The position numbers were made by a program, and so were the translations under genes. A stretch of 64,000 bases of DNA from Daphnia carinata (taxonomy: Eukaryota), in assembly GCF_022539665.2 (NCBI RefSeq), contig NC_081332.1, forward strand, positions 1,612,001 to 1,676,000. Direction: 5' to 3'. Under the pieces are notes generated by a model that saw only the letters and a program-made list of their open reading frames with translations, was not told the origin of the DNA and did no database searches. This document shows, one piece after another, positions 12,460 through 25,834 of the stretch (position 1 is its first letter; each line of letters opens with the position of its first letter).

Positions 12460-12643
12460 CATTTACAATGGTTCATTCTTCATCAGATGCATTACAAGTA
12501 GCATTCGTAAATGGACAATTAAGAAACAATGCTGTATGATTACTTGGTAAGTATGTGCAATTCGTTCCCTATCCACATAATCATTTCAAACACGGCTCTC
12601 AGTTTCATTGGAATGTCTTGTACAAAAGTACTGTACTCCTTTA

Positions 12644-12716
12644 TACGTATGGCGGGACACGAAACCGCAATCCCCGGCTAATAAGATCGGTGCCTTATCC
12701 TTTAGGCCACAAAGAC
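12644..12716 (-). pseudogene. tRNA-Arg pseudogene
   Basis: 73-nt homolog of 6027-6099 with a mutated anticodon arm and T loop. Confidence 0.7.
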
Positions 12717-13162
12717 ACTGGTTAATTCAATTGCCATAAATTTCGTTCATTTTTCCTACGATAACTGCAAAGAAAAAGGTTATCAACATAGAAAGAGAAA
12801 AGTCAGTACCATACTATTTGTATAATTAAACAAATCAGCAATTGCCTTACATTTCCAAACTTGGACTACGTTTGTTGGAAAGTCCGTTATTTAAAAAGCT
12901 GTGGGGAAAGCCCCGACGTTGGAGCACTTTTCATTTGACCGTAGCAAAGAACAAATAGCAGGTCAAACACAAACACTTTCTTCAATCAATTTCGGAACAA
13001 TGGGATATATTCCTTATTAGAAGTTGATAAGAGGCAGGTACCTTTTACCAAGCCAAAAAAGGAAACGCGCAGGGCGTTGCTCTGCGGTATATAAACGACA
13101 GCAAAATAGCAGAAAAGACATCAGTTAACCAACTGTCTCAAGCGTTCTACCAACTTCTCAAC

Positions 13163-14531
13163 ATGCAGGTAAAATTACCTATGCAATTCAAACGTTTCAA
13201 AATATTGTTAAATTCTAACAAGTTTGTTTTTTCAATTGTCAAGTTCGTCGTACTCGCCGCCTTGATCGCTGTCGCCGCAGCCAATTCCGCCTATCCCGGC
13301 TCAACTTATCCAGTTCCATCTTACCATGGGTCATCTTATTCACCTTCGACTTACGAGGTCAAGGAATACGTAAGTCCAATTCGCCTTTTCTTCCATGAAG
13401 TCAAAGCAGTTTCTAAATGAACAATTGCCTCTTCCATAGCCCGCTCAGCCGTACTCTTTCAACTGGGCAGTCTATGATGGCTATGGCAACAACTACGCCC
13501 ACTCTGAGAGCAGCGACGGCAAGGTGACGACCGGCTCTTACCGCGTCCTCCTTCCTGATGGTCGTGTTCAAATCGTAACGTACAAAGCTGACAGTTACGG
13601 ATACACTGCTGATGTCAAGTACGAAGGTGAAGCCAAGTACCCCGCTCCATCCGCCTACTCAGCCCAGGCTTACTCCGCACCTGTATTCACCTCTCAAGTT
13701 GTCACCGCTCCAGCTGTATCATCTCGTACTTACTCCGCACCAGTTGTTACCGCTCCTGCTGCTCCTGCTCGTGTTTTCACCTCTTCATCTGTCACGGTTC
13801 CAGGTGCTAACTCCCGCACATATTCCGCACCGGTCTTGACTTCTTCCGCTGGCCGCACTTCGGAAGCCAACTCCCGTACTTATTCCGCACCAGTAGTCAC
13901 TGTTACCGCTCCTGCTGCAACCTCTCGTACCTACTCTGCTCCAGTTTTCACGTCCCCGGCTGTCACCGCTCCTGTTATCACCTCTCCGGTTGTCACTAGT
14001 TCTGGTGACACCTCCCGCATCTACTCCGCCCCAGATTTCACGTCATCGGCGGTCACGGGTTCTACCGGCACCTCCCGCACTTACTCCGCACCGGTGGCAC
14101 CGGTGGTCACTTCCCCCGCTGCCCCTTCACCTGTATTCACTTCCGATCCGCGCCCAGCTCCTGCTGTTTCCTCTCGTACTTACTCAGCACCAGTGGTGAC
14201 CGCTCGCACTGCTCCAGATTCCGTCTTAATCACTTCATCTGTCACGGCTCCAGGTGCTAACTCCCGCACTTATTCCGCTCCCATTTTCACTTCTCCGGCG
14301 TCCTCAGCTACTGTGTCCACCTCGTCTTCGGTCACGGCACCTGCTGCCTCATCCGGTACCTACTCCGCACCAGTTTTCACTTCTCCGGCTGCTCCAGCCT
14401 CTGTTGTCACGTCTCCATCGATCAACGAACCCGCTTCAACCTCCCGTACTTACTCCGAAGCAGAGTCCATCACCGCTCCCGCAACCGACGCAGTCTACAC
14501 GACTTCAACCAACGTTGCCCGCGACTACTGA
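13163..14531 (+). CDS. Cuticular protein RR-2, long mucin-like SRTYSAPV-repeat type
   Basis: ATG at 13163, signal peptide FVVLAALIAVAAA, ORF 13524..14531 with the RR-2 motif and an S/T/P/A-rich tail of about 300 aa ending NVARDY*. Confidence 0.93.
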
Positions 14532-15828
14532 GCCCGATACGTTCTGAAATACTTATGTCAAAGAGATATCTATTAAAAATTATAATATTGAATAAAACTT
14601 TATGATAGCAAAGCCACTGTGTTCTCGTGTATTTGCGCAGCTGCAACGATATGTTAGTGTTACAACACAAAGACAATTGGAGACTTTGCGAAATATATAT
14701 TTCGCCCCAAAGGTGAGGGTTAATTGTATTTTCCAATAAATCAAATCTTAAGTTCAATCATAAATCAGAACGGACAAATGTCGATCAATGTCCCGATTGA
14801 AGTATCATGTCTTGAACGGGGACTACGGATGGACGGGTGAATAGCGCATACCTGTACAGCTAAACGCGAAGAGCCTCAGGTCGTTTCACCTGTTGTACGT
14901 TGCCAAACGGAAAGAAAAGATTGCATTAAATTTTATTGACAACCCCGTAAGACGAGGATCAAAAACCTTGGATGTTACGTGGCAGCCAAACCCTGTCATC
15001 TCCATTGTAGAGCCAGTCTTCAGTCTGACGGCCGAGTGGTAGGTACCACGTTAGTCGTAAAATGGGTTGGTGGTTCAGCAACACGTTTAAGTTTGGCATA
15101 CTATTTGATGTTACCACACTCATTAATGGACTTTTCCAGTGTTTTCCATTTTGACTCGTACATAATCGGTAATTAATCTAAATTTTTTAACTTTCATATT
15201 CGTTTCAACAGTGTCGTCATGATTACCATTGGTTGGAGTGTTCGTCATGTTTGTTTTAATGGCAGTATTGACTTAAAGCATGGCTTAATTATATCAGCAG
15301 ATGAACAAACACAACAGGAGATCCGACTGTACGTTGACGTGTAGATAGCAGATCGTCTCGCCATATCTTCGCTGTTTTTCCGCTTCAGGTAACAAGATTG
15401 AAGATTACGATTGAAGATCACTGATAAGATAAGCCCCCTCAGGTCAGTAAAAAAAAATCCCCGATACTCTCGGATAAGGACAAATCTTATTGGGTTTGAG
15501 GCGTACCTTTCTTTAGTCGTAAGGTAGGCAACCAACCATTGGCAGATTGAAAACACACGTTGTGTTATTTAAGAAAAGAAGCAAAGTTCATTGTTTTTAT
15601 CAACCTGAAAGCATTGCTAAAAAGTGTCCAGAGGACGAGAGAATTTGACAAGCGAATATGACGTTATCTTCCGTAATCGCCCAGGTGTTAGGGTGGTCTA
15701 CACTAGGACGTAAGGTGCTGGACGTAGGCGTCTGATGTGTATAACTCGTACAATTTTACGTTTTCAAAACTAGTCATTACGAAAAAGTTCGATCGTTCGC
15801 ATCTTAGTAACAACCTAAGTTTCAGAAA

Positions 15829-18800
15829 ATGATAACTCGTTGTGTTTGCATCGTATTGTTAACGATTCTCATTTTCAATGTGGATCCAACTCATTCTACC
15901 ACCATCTCTTTGAACCAAAATGCCTATTCCAATATCGTAGTGGCTATATCGCCGGATGTTCCCAATACGTGGTCTGAAACAATCTTGCAGAATATTCAGG
16001 TTGGCCATTTTTTTGCACTTGTTTTACACACGTTATGAGCGCAATTAATCTCATTTCGCTATTGTTTGTATGTGACCAGTTGATGATACGTAGGGCATCG
16101 AGTGTGTTGTACCGAGCTACGAAGAAACGAGCCTATTTCAAAGATGTTCGTATCCTGATTCCAGAATCGTGGAGCAACGTTCAATCTAACATTAGCACAT
16201 GGGAGACCTATTCCGTATAATGCATCTATCATTGATTACGATTTGACGTATCTATTTTCTACAAATTCAATTCGTTTTTATAGGAGGCTGATGTGCGTGT
16301 GGCACCAGCGGCATTAGTTCACGGTGATAAACCCTACACTATCCAGTCAGGCGGATGTGGCCAGCCGGGGGAGTACATTCATCTCACTCCGGACTATCTC
16401 CGCACCCTGACCAATGCTAACAACACGTCCGTTTTCGGCCCGCCAGGTAAATGTGTCAATACTCGTAAAGAAGTCTTATAACTTAAGCGTTTTGATTGTA
16501 CACAGAAAAAGTGTTTGTTCACGAGTGGTCCCATTTACGTTACGGCGTGTTTGATGAGTTCGGTCATCAAAATGATAAGAAGCTCCCGTTGTTCTACAAA
16601 CCGCCGAATTCTGAAGAAATTCTACCTAATTTGTGCACCAATAAACAGCCCATTTTCACCACCAAGTACGTGCATCCTAAAATGGTGTCACGTTAGAAAA
16701 TGCGAGACGTTAAACTTTATTTTAAAATTTGCTCAAATTAGGGATGTTGTTACACAAGGACCGTGTCGAATCGACCCAACCACCGGTGTCTACAATAGTG
16801 ATTGCGTTTACAATCTTCTACCTCAATTTGTACCAGATACGTCCCTCATGTCTGATTACTCGGTTGATTCGGTAACTTTCAATTGAACTGCTCTCATCCT
16901 AGAGTTTAAATAATTAACATTTTTTTTCCTTTCATCAAGGTAGTGGATTTCTGTGAGAACGATCAGGACCTGGCACACGCTTTTAAAGCCCCAAACAAAC
17001 ACAACGCCATGTGCGGATCGCGTAGCGTCTGGGCGGTCATCACGAGACATCCGGATTTCGCCATGAACAAGTTTGTAACCAAAACGATAACACACGTTAT
17101 GTACATCAATTAAGCCTCTTAAATTGATTTGGACGTAGCAATCCACCGAGCGACATCCTCTCCATAGAACCCACGTTCCAAATTGTGCGGTCCGGCGGCT
17201 CGCGATTTGTTCTCGTCGCCGATACGTCGGGCAGCATGAACAATTACGTGAGTAGATCCTCATTTATTCAAGCTAATAGACTATGTTGTGTTATTCTTTG
17301 CTATTAAATACATTTGACAGAGCCGAATCCTTAGGTTGTACGAAACTTCCCGGCGTTGGATCAAATACGACATTTCCGATGGCAGTAAACTCGGCTTGGT
17401 TCAATTTTCGTAAGAATGATCAACTATTCTGCGCTCTTAATGTACTATAAAAAAGTAAAAAATTACGTTTTTAATAGGCACAATGCGATAGTAACCAGTC
17501 CAATAGTTGAAATAAACGGTGACGCAAGTCGCGAGGCGCTTATCGCCCCGTTACCCGTCAACGCGGTTGGTGCAACTTGTATCGGGTGTGGCTTGTTAAA
17601 AGCCTTGGAAGTAAGCGCTTAATCCGTTTGCGTCAAAACGGAAAAAATCAAGCGATATAATTTGATAAATTGTTTTTGTTTTAAAGCTTCTAGCACCAGG
17701 AGGTCCAGGAGGTGTTATCTTACTTTTAACTGACGGAGAGGAAACGGACAAGCCGTTCATTTCCAACGTTCTACCGGAATTGGTCCGATCCAGCGCTAGA
17801 GTCGTTTCCATCGCATTCGGGTTTCTATTATCGCAAAGCTTCACATAAAATTCAATAAATAAATCCGTAATGGTGATTTTGTGAGTGCAGGAGGACGGCC
17901 GAAGATAAAATTGAAAACTTGGCGGACAAGACTAACGGCAAGAGCTATTTCATCGATGATAATGATCCCAGCCAAGGATTAAACGATGCCTTTGTTGGAT
18001 CTCTCACATATCAGCCGGCCGTGTCTGCCTATCAGATCATCGTCACGGTACACATAATTCAAATTTGGCTATTCTTCATCTTTAAACTAACCGTTTTATT
18101 TTTCAGCTATTGAATCGGCAGTACCAGAATGTGGCGGGTGATGCAATCAACGATCATTTCTCGGTTGACTCGACGGTCGGCCGTAATTTAATATTCCGCG
18201 TTGATTACACGCAAAAAAGCCATCTGAAATCCTTCAGTTTGAAGTCACCTAATGGAACTGTTTACACCCAATTTGCGTACGATGATGGGGTGAAGGTTGC
18301 CATGTTCAAACTACCAGAGGCTGAAGTACATAACAGCTCTCAGTTAAGTTAATGAGAAATCGTTAATTTATTACCATTTAATCAGGTAGGGACGTGGTAC
18401 TTCACTTTGACGGTCAGTAGTTCCATCATGGAATCATTGGCTGTTCAGGTAACGTCGCAGACCAGGTCGACCACAATAGCACCAATCAAAACCGAGTGTT
18501 CCGTCCTTGATGGTAAATCATCATTCAAACTAAACTTTTCTTTTCGATTTTTCAAATGTTTCATTTTATTTCATTACAGGAGATACGTTCGACAATGCCA
18601 AAGCGAGTCCAGTGAGGATTTTAGCCAAGGTGATGCAAGATTCCAATGCCGTAGTTCAAGCCAAAGTCAAGTAACACACAGTCCTTAATCATTTGAAATG
18701 CGAATTTTATGTAACTCAATTTTGATTGCTAGGGCGCATATTGAAATGCCATCAGGTCAATCTCAAATCCTTGAATTGTTAGATAACGGAGTGTCGGCAG

Positions 18801-19691
18801 ACACTTTGGCGGATGACGGCATTTATTCTCGTTTTTTTGTCGGTGCAACATCTGGCGGACGTTACACGGTCGAATGCGAGGTCTGGGACGACGACTCAGC
18901 GTACGTTAATGATGGAACGTTTGTCCGCCACAGGCAAAAGAGATCGACAACATCTAGAATGACTGGAGCGTTCACGCGAAGGGCAAGCGGTGGCTCCTTC
19001 AAGGTTTCATATTCCACATCTTCGTTTTGAAATTTCCATGAATGAAATCGTTGAAAATTCACAAACAGATAACTCAATCAGCGGCAGTGGGTGCGGATAT
19101 CTATCCACCATCAAGAATAACTGATCTGTTCATCGTAGAAGTGCGAACGAATCCCGACATGACGGCCACCATTCAATTTACAGCGCCTGGTGAAGATTTG
19201 GATTCTGGAACAGGTACGACAGCTCAATCTCTGAATATCCAACACAATCATTTATCTTTTTTTCGTTAGCCGCCAGTTACGAAATTCGATATTCTCCGGT
19301 TTTTGATGATCTCCGTGAGACGAATTTCGATTCGGCCAACAGTTCAACACTCGTCCAACAGGAGCACGTCGTGAACGGATCGTTGCAACCGATGGTCTCT
19401 GGATCGCAGCAGATCATTACGTTCGTCGTGATGATGAAAAGCGAAGACACGAGGACGTACTACATCGCTCTGAGAGCGACCGATGCCAGCGGACAGGCCG
19501 CATTGCCATCAAACATTGTGACCGCCCAATTCCCGCTGAATGAATCGGCTTCGAGCCTATCGACGATAGCCATCATTGGCATCATCGTGGGATGTTTGCT
19601 CGGCCTTCTACTAATTGCTGCAATCCCCTATTTAGTCCACAGGAAGAAGTACCTGTCGTACAAAGCGGCCGATACCCAGTCCAAACCTTAG
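15829..19691 (+). CDS. CLCA: CLCA-family protein (calcium-activated chloride channel regulator-like), subfamily A copy 1
   Basis: Exons can be joined in frame through GT-AG introns. Signal peptide; HEWSHLRYGVFDEF metalloprotease motif; vWA MIDAS VLVADTSGSM and LLTDGE; LLDNG..AD...DDGIYSR; YPPSRITDL FnIII; C-terminal TM IAIIGIIVGCLLGLLLIAAI. Confidence 0.92.
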
Positions 19692-19848
19692 CTCGCTGTT
19701 CGTATATCCTCTTCTATAATTTATGATTGAGTTAAATGTGTACGTTTGACGGAAGGTAATAAATGGAAGTTGAAAGAGGTGCGCATTGAAAATGGATGAT
19801 TGCGTGATGGGCTAATGATGTTTACGCTGTGTTTAAGGTAACTATCAG

Positions 19849-20158
19849 CTCTCAAGTTGTCACTGCTCCAGCTGTATCATCTCGTACTTACTCCGTCCCA
19901 GTTGTTACCGCTCCTGCTGCTCCTGCTGCTCCTGCTCGTGTTTTCACCTCTTCATCTGTCACGGTTCCAGGTGCTAACTCCCGTACTTATCCGCACCGGT
20001 GTTCACCTCTCCCTGCCTCCTCAGCTACTGTATCCACCTCGGCTTCGGTCACCCCACCTGCCGCATCTTCCGGTACTTACTCCGAACCAGAGACCTTCAC
20101 CGCCCCCGCAACCGACGCAGTCTACACAACTTCTACCAACGTTGCCCGCTACTACTGA
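19849..20158 (+). pseudogene. 3' fragment of the long cuticular-protein gene (13163-14531)
   Basis: Matches 13691-14531 with a large internal deletion and small indels. No promoter, signal peptide or RR-2 domain. Confidence 0.85.
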
Positions 20159-21422
20159 GCCCGATACGTTCTGAAATACTTATGTCAAAGAGATATCTAT
20201 TTAAAATTATAATATTGAATAAAACTATGTGATACCAAAGCCACTGTGTTCTCCTGTATTTGCGCAGCTGCAACGATGTATTAGCGTTACATCATAAAGA
20301 CAATTGAACACTTTGCGAAATATATATTTCGCCCCAACGATGAGAGTTAATTGTATTTCCAAATAATTCAAGTTTTAAGTTCAATCATAAAAAACAGAAC
20401 AGACAAATGTCGATCAATGTCCCGATGGAAGTATCATGTCTTGAACGAGGACTACGGATGGACGGGTGAATACCGCATACCTGTACAGTTAAAGGCGGAG
20501 AGCCTCGGGCCGTCGATCCGCCTCGGGCCAGGATAGCATTAATTTGTATTGACAACCCCGTAAGACAAGGATCAAACACCTTGGATGTGATGTGGCAGAT
20601 ATAGCCTGTCATCTGCATCGTAGTCAGTCTTCAGTCTGACGGCCGAGTGGTAGGTACCACGTTAGTCGTAAAATGGGTTGGTGGTTCAGCAACACGTTTA
20701 AGTATAGCATGCTGTTTGATGTTACCATTCTCATTAATGAATCTTTCGAGTGTTTTCTATGTTGACTCGTTGCAGTCAAATTCGGTAAGTAAATGACATT
20801 TTTTAATTATCATATTCGTCTCAACAGTGTCGTCATGATTACCATTGGTTGAAGTGTTCGAGATGTTTGTTTTAATGGCTGTGTTGACTTAAAATATGTC
20901 TTAATCGTATCAGCAGATGAACAAACACAACAGGATATCCGACTGTACGTGAGGTGTCGATAGCAGCTCTTCTCGCCATATCTTCGCTGTTTGTCCGATT
21001 CAGGTAACAACATTGAAGTTATTCAGCTACTGATAAGATAAGCCCACTCCAGTCTAAAGGAAACTCTGATAAGAAAAAAATCTAATAGTTAGAGGCGTAC
21101 CTATCTTTAGTCGAAAGGTAGGTAACCAACCATTGTGAGAGTTAAAACACGCGTTGTGTTATTTAAGAAAAGAAACAAAGTTCATCGTTTTATCGGTCTG
21201 AAAGCATTGCTAAAAGTGTCACGAGAACGAGAGAATTTGACAAACGGACATGACGTTTTCTTCCGGTAATCGACCAGGTGTAAAGGTGGACTGCACTCGG
21301 AAGTAAGGTGCTGAACGTAGGCGTCTAATAGATATAACTCTGAGCAATTTAACGTTTTCAAAACTAGTCCTTAAAAAATAGTTCGATCGTTCGCATCTTA
21401 GCAACATCCCAAGTTTCAAAAA

Positions 21423-24400
21423 ATGATAACTCGTTGTTGTGTTTCCATCGTTTTGTTATCGATTCTCATTTTCAACGTGGATCCAGCTCATTTTACCAGC
21501 ATCTCTTTGAATCAAAATGCCTATTCCAATATCGTGGTGGCTATATCGCCTGATGTTCCCAATACGTGGTCTGAAACCATCTTGCAGAATATTCAGGTTG
21601 CTCATTTTTTTTTTGCAATGTTTTACAAGTAATCTCATTTCGCTATTTTTGTATTTGATCAGTTGATGATACGTAGGGCATCGAGTGTGTTGTACCGAGC
21701 TACGAAGAAACGAGCCTATTTCAAAGATGTTCGTATCCTCGTTCCGGAATCTTGGAGCAACGTTCGATCAAACCTCAGCACATGGGAGACCTATTCCGTA
21801 TAATGCGTTTATCATTTATTACGATTTGAAGTATCCATTTTTTTTTTTAAATTCAATTCGTTTTTATAGGAGGCTGATGTACGTGTGGCACCAGCGGCAT
21901 TAGTTCACGGTGATAAACCCTACACTATCCAGTCGGGCGGATGTGGCCAGCCGGGGGAGTACATTCATCTCACTCCCGACTATCTCCGTACTCTGACCGA
22001 TGCTAACAACACGTCCGTCTTCGGCCCGCCAGGTGAGTGTGTCAACACTCTTAAAGAAGTCATGTAACTTAAGCGTTTTGATTGTACACAGAAAAAGTGT
22101 TTGTTCACGAGTGGTCCCATTTACGTTACGGCGTGTTTGACGAGTTCGGTCATCAAAATGATAAGAAGTACCCGTTGTTCTACAAACCGCCGAATTCTGA
22201 AGAAATTCTACCTAATTTGTGCACCAATAAACCACCCATTTTCACTACCAAGTACGTACATAATTGTGTTCGTTACGGTAAAATGCGAGACATTAAACTT
22301 TCTTTTTTAATTTATTCAAATAAGGGATGTTGTTACTCAAGGACCGTGTCGAATTGATCCAACCACTGGTGTCTATAATGGCAATTGCATTTACAATCTT
22401 CTACCTCAATTTGTCCCGGATTCATCCCTCATGTCTGATTACTCGATTGATTCGGTAACTTTCAATTGAACTATGCTCATCCGAGAAGTTTAAATAATGA
22501 ACATTTATTTTTCTCTGATCAAGGTAGTGGATTTCTGTGAGGACGATCAGGACCTTGCTCACGTTTTTGCAGCCCCAAACAAACACAACGCCATGTGCGG
22601 ATCGTATAGTGTCTGGACGGTCATCACGAGACATCCGGATTTCGCCATGAACAAGTTTGTAACCAAAACGATAATTGCACTTTATGTACATTTAATTAAA
22701 CCTTTAATTTGATTTTGACGTAGCAATCCACCGAGCGACATCCTCTTTTTAGAACCAACGTTCCAGATTGTGCGGTCCAGCGGTTCGCGATTTGTTCTCG
22801 TCGCCGACACATCAGGCAGCATGAACGATCACGTGAGTAGATCCTCATTTCTTCACCCTAAAAACTCTTTTAAATTATTTTTTGGCATCAAATACCTTTG
22901 ACAGAAACGAATCATTAGGTTGTACGAATCTTCCCGGCGTTGGATCAAATACGACATTTCCGATGGCAGTAAACTCGGCTTGGTTCAATTTTCGTAAGAA
23001 TGATTGAAACATTCTACTTTCTTAATTTAATAAAACCATTTTAAAATCACATTTTAAATAGAAACAAAGCGACGATAACCAGTCCAATGGTCGAAATTAC
23101 GGGTGACGCAAGTCGTGAGGCGCTTATCGCCCGGTTACCCGTCAACGCGGTTGGTGCCACTTGTATCGGGTGTGGCTTGCAAAAAGCCTTGGAAGTAAGC
23201 ACTTAATTCCATCGTGACAAAACTTAAAAAATTAAACAATCAGGTGATTTCATATTTTGATCAATTGTTTTTGTTTTAAAGCTTCTAAGACCAGGAGGTC
23301 CAGGAGGTGTTATAATACTTTTAACTGACGGAGAGGAAACGGACAGGCCGTTCATTTACGAAGTTCTATCGGAAGTGGTCCGGTCAGGCGCTAGAGTCGT
23401 TTCCATCGCATTCGGGTAGATCTTTTATCACAATCTTCTCATTAAATTCAATAAATAAATCGGAAATGATGAATTTTGTGTACAGGAGGACGGCCGAAGA
23501 TAAAATTGAAGACTTGGCGGACAAGACTAACGGCAAGAGCTATTTCATCGATGATAATGATCCCAGCCAAGGATTAAACGATGCCTTTGTTGGATCTCTC
23601 ACATATCAGCCGGCCGTGTCTGCCGATCAGATCGTCGTCTTGGTACACACAACTCAAAGTGGCTCTTCTTCTTTAAACTCATCATTTGATTTTTTTCAGC
23701 TATTGAATCGGCAGTACCAGAATGTGGCGGGGGGTACAATCAACGACCGTTTTTCTGTTGACTCGACAGTCGGCCGCAATTTCATTTTCCGCATTGATTA
23801 CACGCAAAAAAGCCATCTGAAATCCTTCATTTTGAAGTCACCTAATGGAACTGTTTACACCCAACTCGTCTACGATGACGTGGCGAAAGTTGCCATGTTC
23901 AAACTACCCGAGGCTGAAGTACATAACAGCTCTCAGTTAAGTTAATGAGAAGGCAAATAATTTATTACCATTTAATCAGGTAGGAACGTGGTACTTCACC
24001 TTGATGGTGAGTAGTTCCACCGTGGACTCGTTGGCTGTTCACGTAACGTCGCAGACCAGGTCAACCACAACAGCACCAATCAGGACCGAATGTTACGTCC
24101 CTGATGGTAAATCATCATTCAAATTTTTTTTTTCGATTTTTTCAAATGTTTGATGTCATTTCATTGCAGGAAATACGATCGGCAATACCAACGCGAGTCC
24201 AGTGAGGATTTTAGCTAAGGTGATGCAAGGTGCCAATGCCGTAGTTCGAGCCAAAGTCAAGTAACGCACACATGTCTTTATCATTAGAAATGCGCGTTTT
24301 TATGTAAATCAATTTTGATTGCTAGGGCGCATATTGAAATGCCTTCCGGTCCATCTCAAATCCTTGAGTTGTTAGATAACGGAGTGTCGGCAGACACTTT

Positions 24401-25283
24401 GGCCGATGACGGCATTTATTCTCGTTACTTTGTTAATGCCACGTCCGGCGGACGTTACACGGTCGAATGCGAAGTCTGGGACGACGGTTCAGCGTACGTC
24501 AATGATGGAACATTTGTCCGCAGCAGGCAAAAGAGATCAGCAACATCTAGAATGACGGGATCGTTCACGCGAATGGCAAGCGGCGGCTCCTTTAAGGTTT
24601 CATATTCCACATCTTCGTTTCGAAATTTCCATAAACGAAATCATTTGAAAATTCACAAACAGATAACTCAATCAGCGGCAGTGGGTGCGGATATCTATCC
24701 ACCATCAAGAATAACTGATCTGTTCATCGTAGAAGTGCAAACGAATCCCGACATGACGGCCACCATCCAATTTACAGCGCCCGGTGAAGATTTGGATTCT
24801 GGAACAGGTACGTTCGAGCAATCTCTGAATATCCAACACAATCCTTTAACTATTTCATTAGCCGCCAGTTACGAAATTCGATATTCTCCGGTGTTTGATG
24901 ATCTCCGTGGAACGAATTTCGGTTCGGCCAACAATTCAACACTCGTCCAACAAGAGCACGTCGTGAACGGCTCGTTGCAACCGATGGTCTCTGGATCGCA
25001 GCAGATCATTACGTTCGTCGTGATGATGAAAAGCGAAGACACGAGGACGTACTACATCGCTTTGAGAGCGATCGATGCCAGCGGACAGGCCGCTTTGCCA
25101 TCCAACATTGTGTCCGCCCAATTCCCGCTGAACGAGCCGGCGTCGAGCCTATCGACGAAAGCCATCATTGGCATCATCGTGGGAAGTTTGCTCGGCCTCC
25201 TACTGATTGCTGCAATCGCCTATTTAATCCACAGGAAGAAGTACCTGTCGTACAGCGCGGCCGGTACCCAGTCCAAACCGTAG
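21423..25283 (+). CDS. CLCA: CLCA-family protein, subfamily A copy 2
   Basis: Tandem paralog of 15829-19691 with the same exons: HEWSHLRYGVFDEF, VADTSGSM, YPPSRITDL, TM, stop TAG. Confidence 0.92.
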
Positions 25284-25834
25284 CTCGGTGTTCGTATAAC
25301 CCCCTCGATAATTTATGATTGAGTTAAATGTACATTTTAAGGGAAGAAACAAATGGAAGCTGATGAAGGTATGCATTTAAAATGGGTGATATTTACGCTA
25401 TGCTGAAGGTTACTATCAGCTCTTTGTTAGACATATTATCGAATTCTAGGGGATCAAATATCAAGTATGTTGTTAATGTAGGCACTCCAACATCTACAAA
25501 TGATTACATTTCGCTTCTACAGTTAAAAGAGTGGGTTGTTTGTGCAACGTACACAAATATTTGACTTTATCAGTTGTTGCATAGTTGCTGTCTCCGCGGT
25601 GAGGGGACGGCAAAGAAACAAACGAAAAAAGGCGTCAAGCAGCGAAAATGAAATCGATAAGATTTCAAATACGTATGCCGCCTTTTTCGTTAAGATTGCC
25701 CTATGTAGTGCTATACCACTCTTTGGGTTCAAAATGCAGCCAAGATAAGGAACTCTGTTGTAACACGTCTGAATGTAACCTAAATAAGACAAGTCCATTA
25801 CCACAACTGCGAATGAAATCGCCAGTCTTAAAGA

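Larger units (their letters stand above)
13691..25423 (+). repeat. Tandem duplication of about 6 kb (cuticle 3' half + CLCA subfamily A)
   Basis: 13691-19848 is repeated at 19849-25423. Confidence 0.85.

Noticed and set aside
15020..15085. tRNA-like A box (CGGCCGAGTGG) followed by GGTTCA
   Set aside because: No cloverleaf or proper B box could be built.
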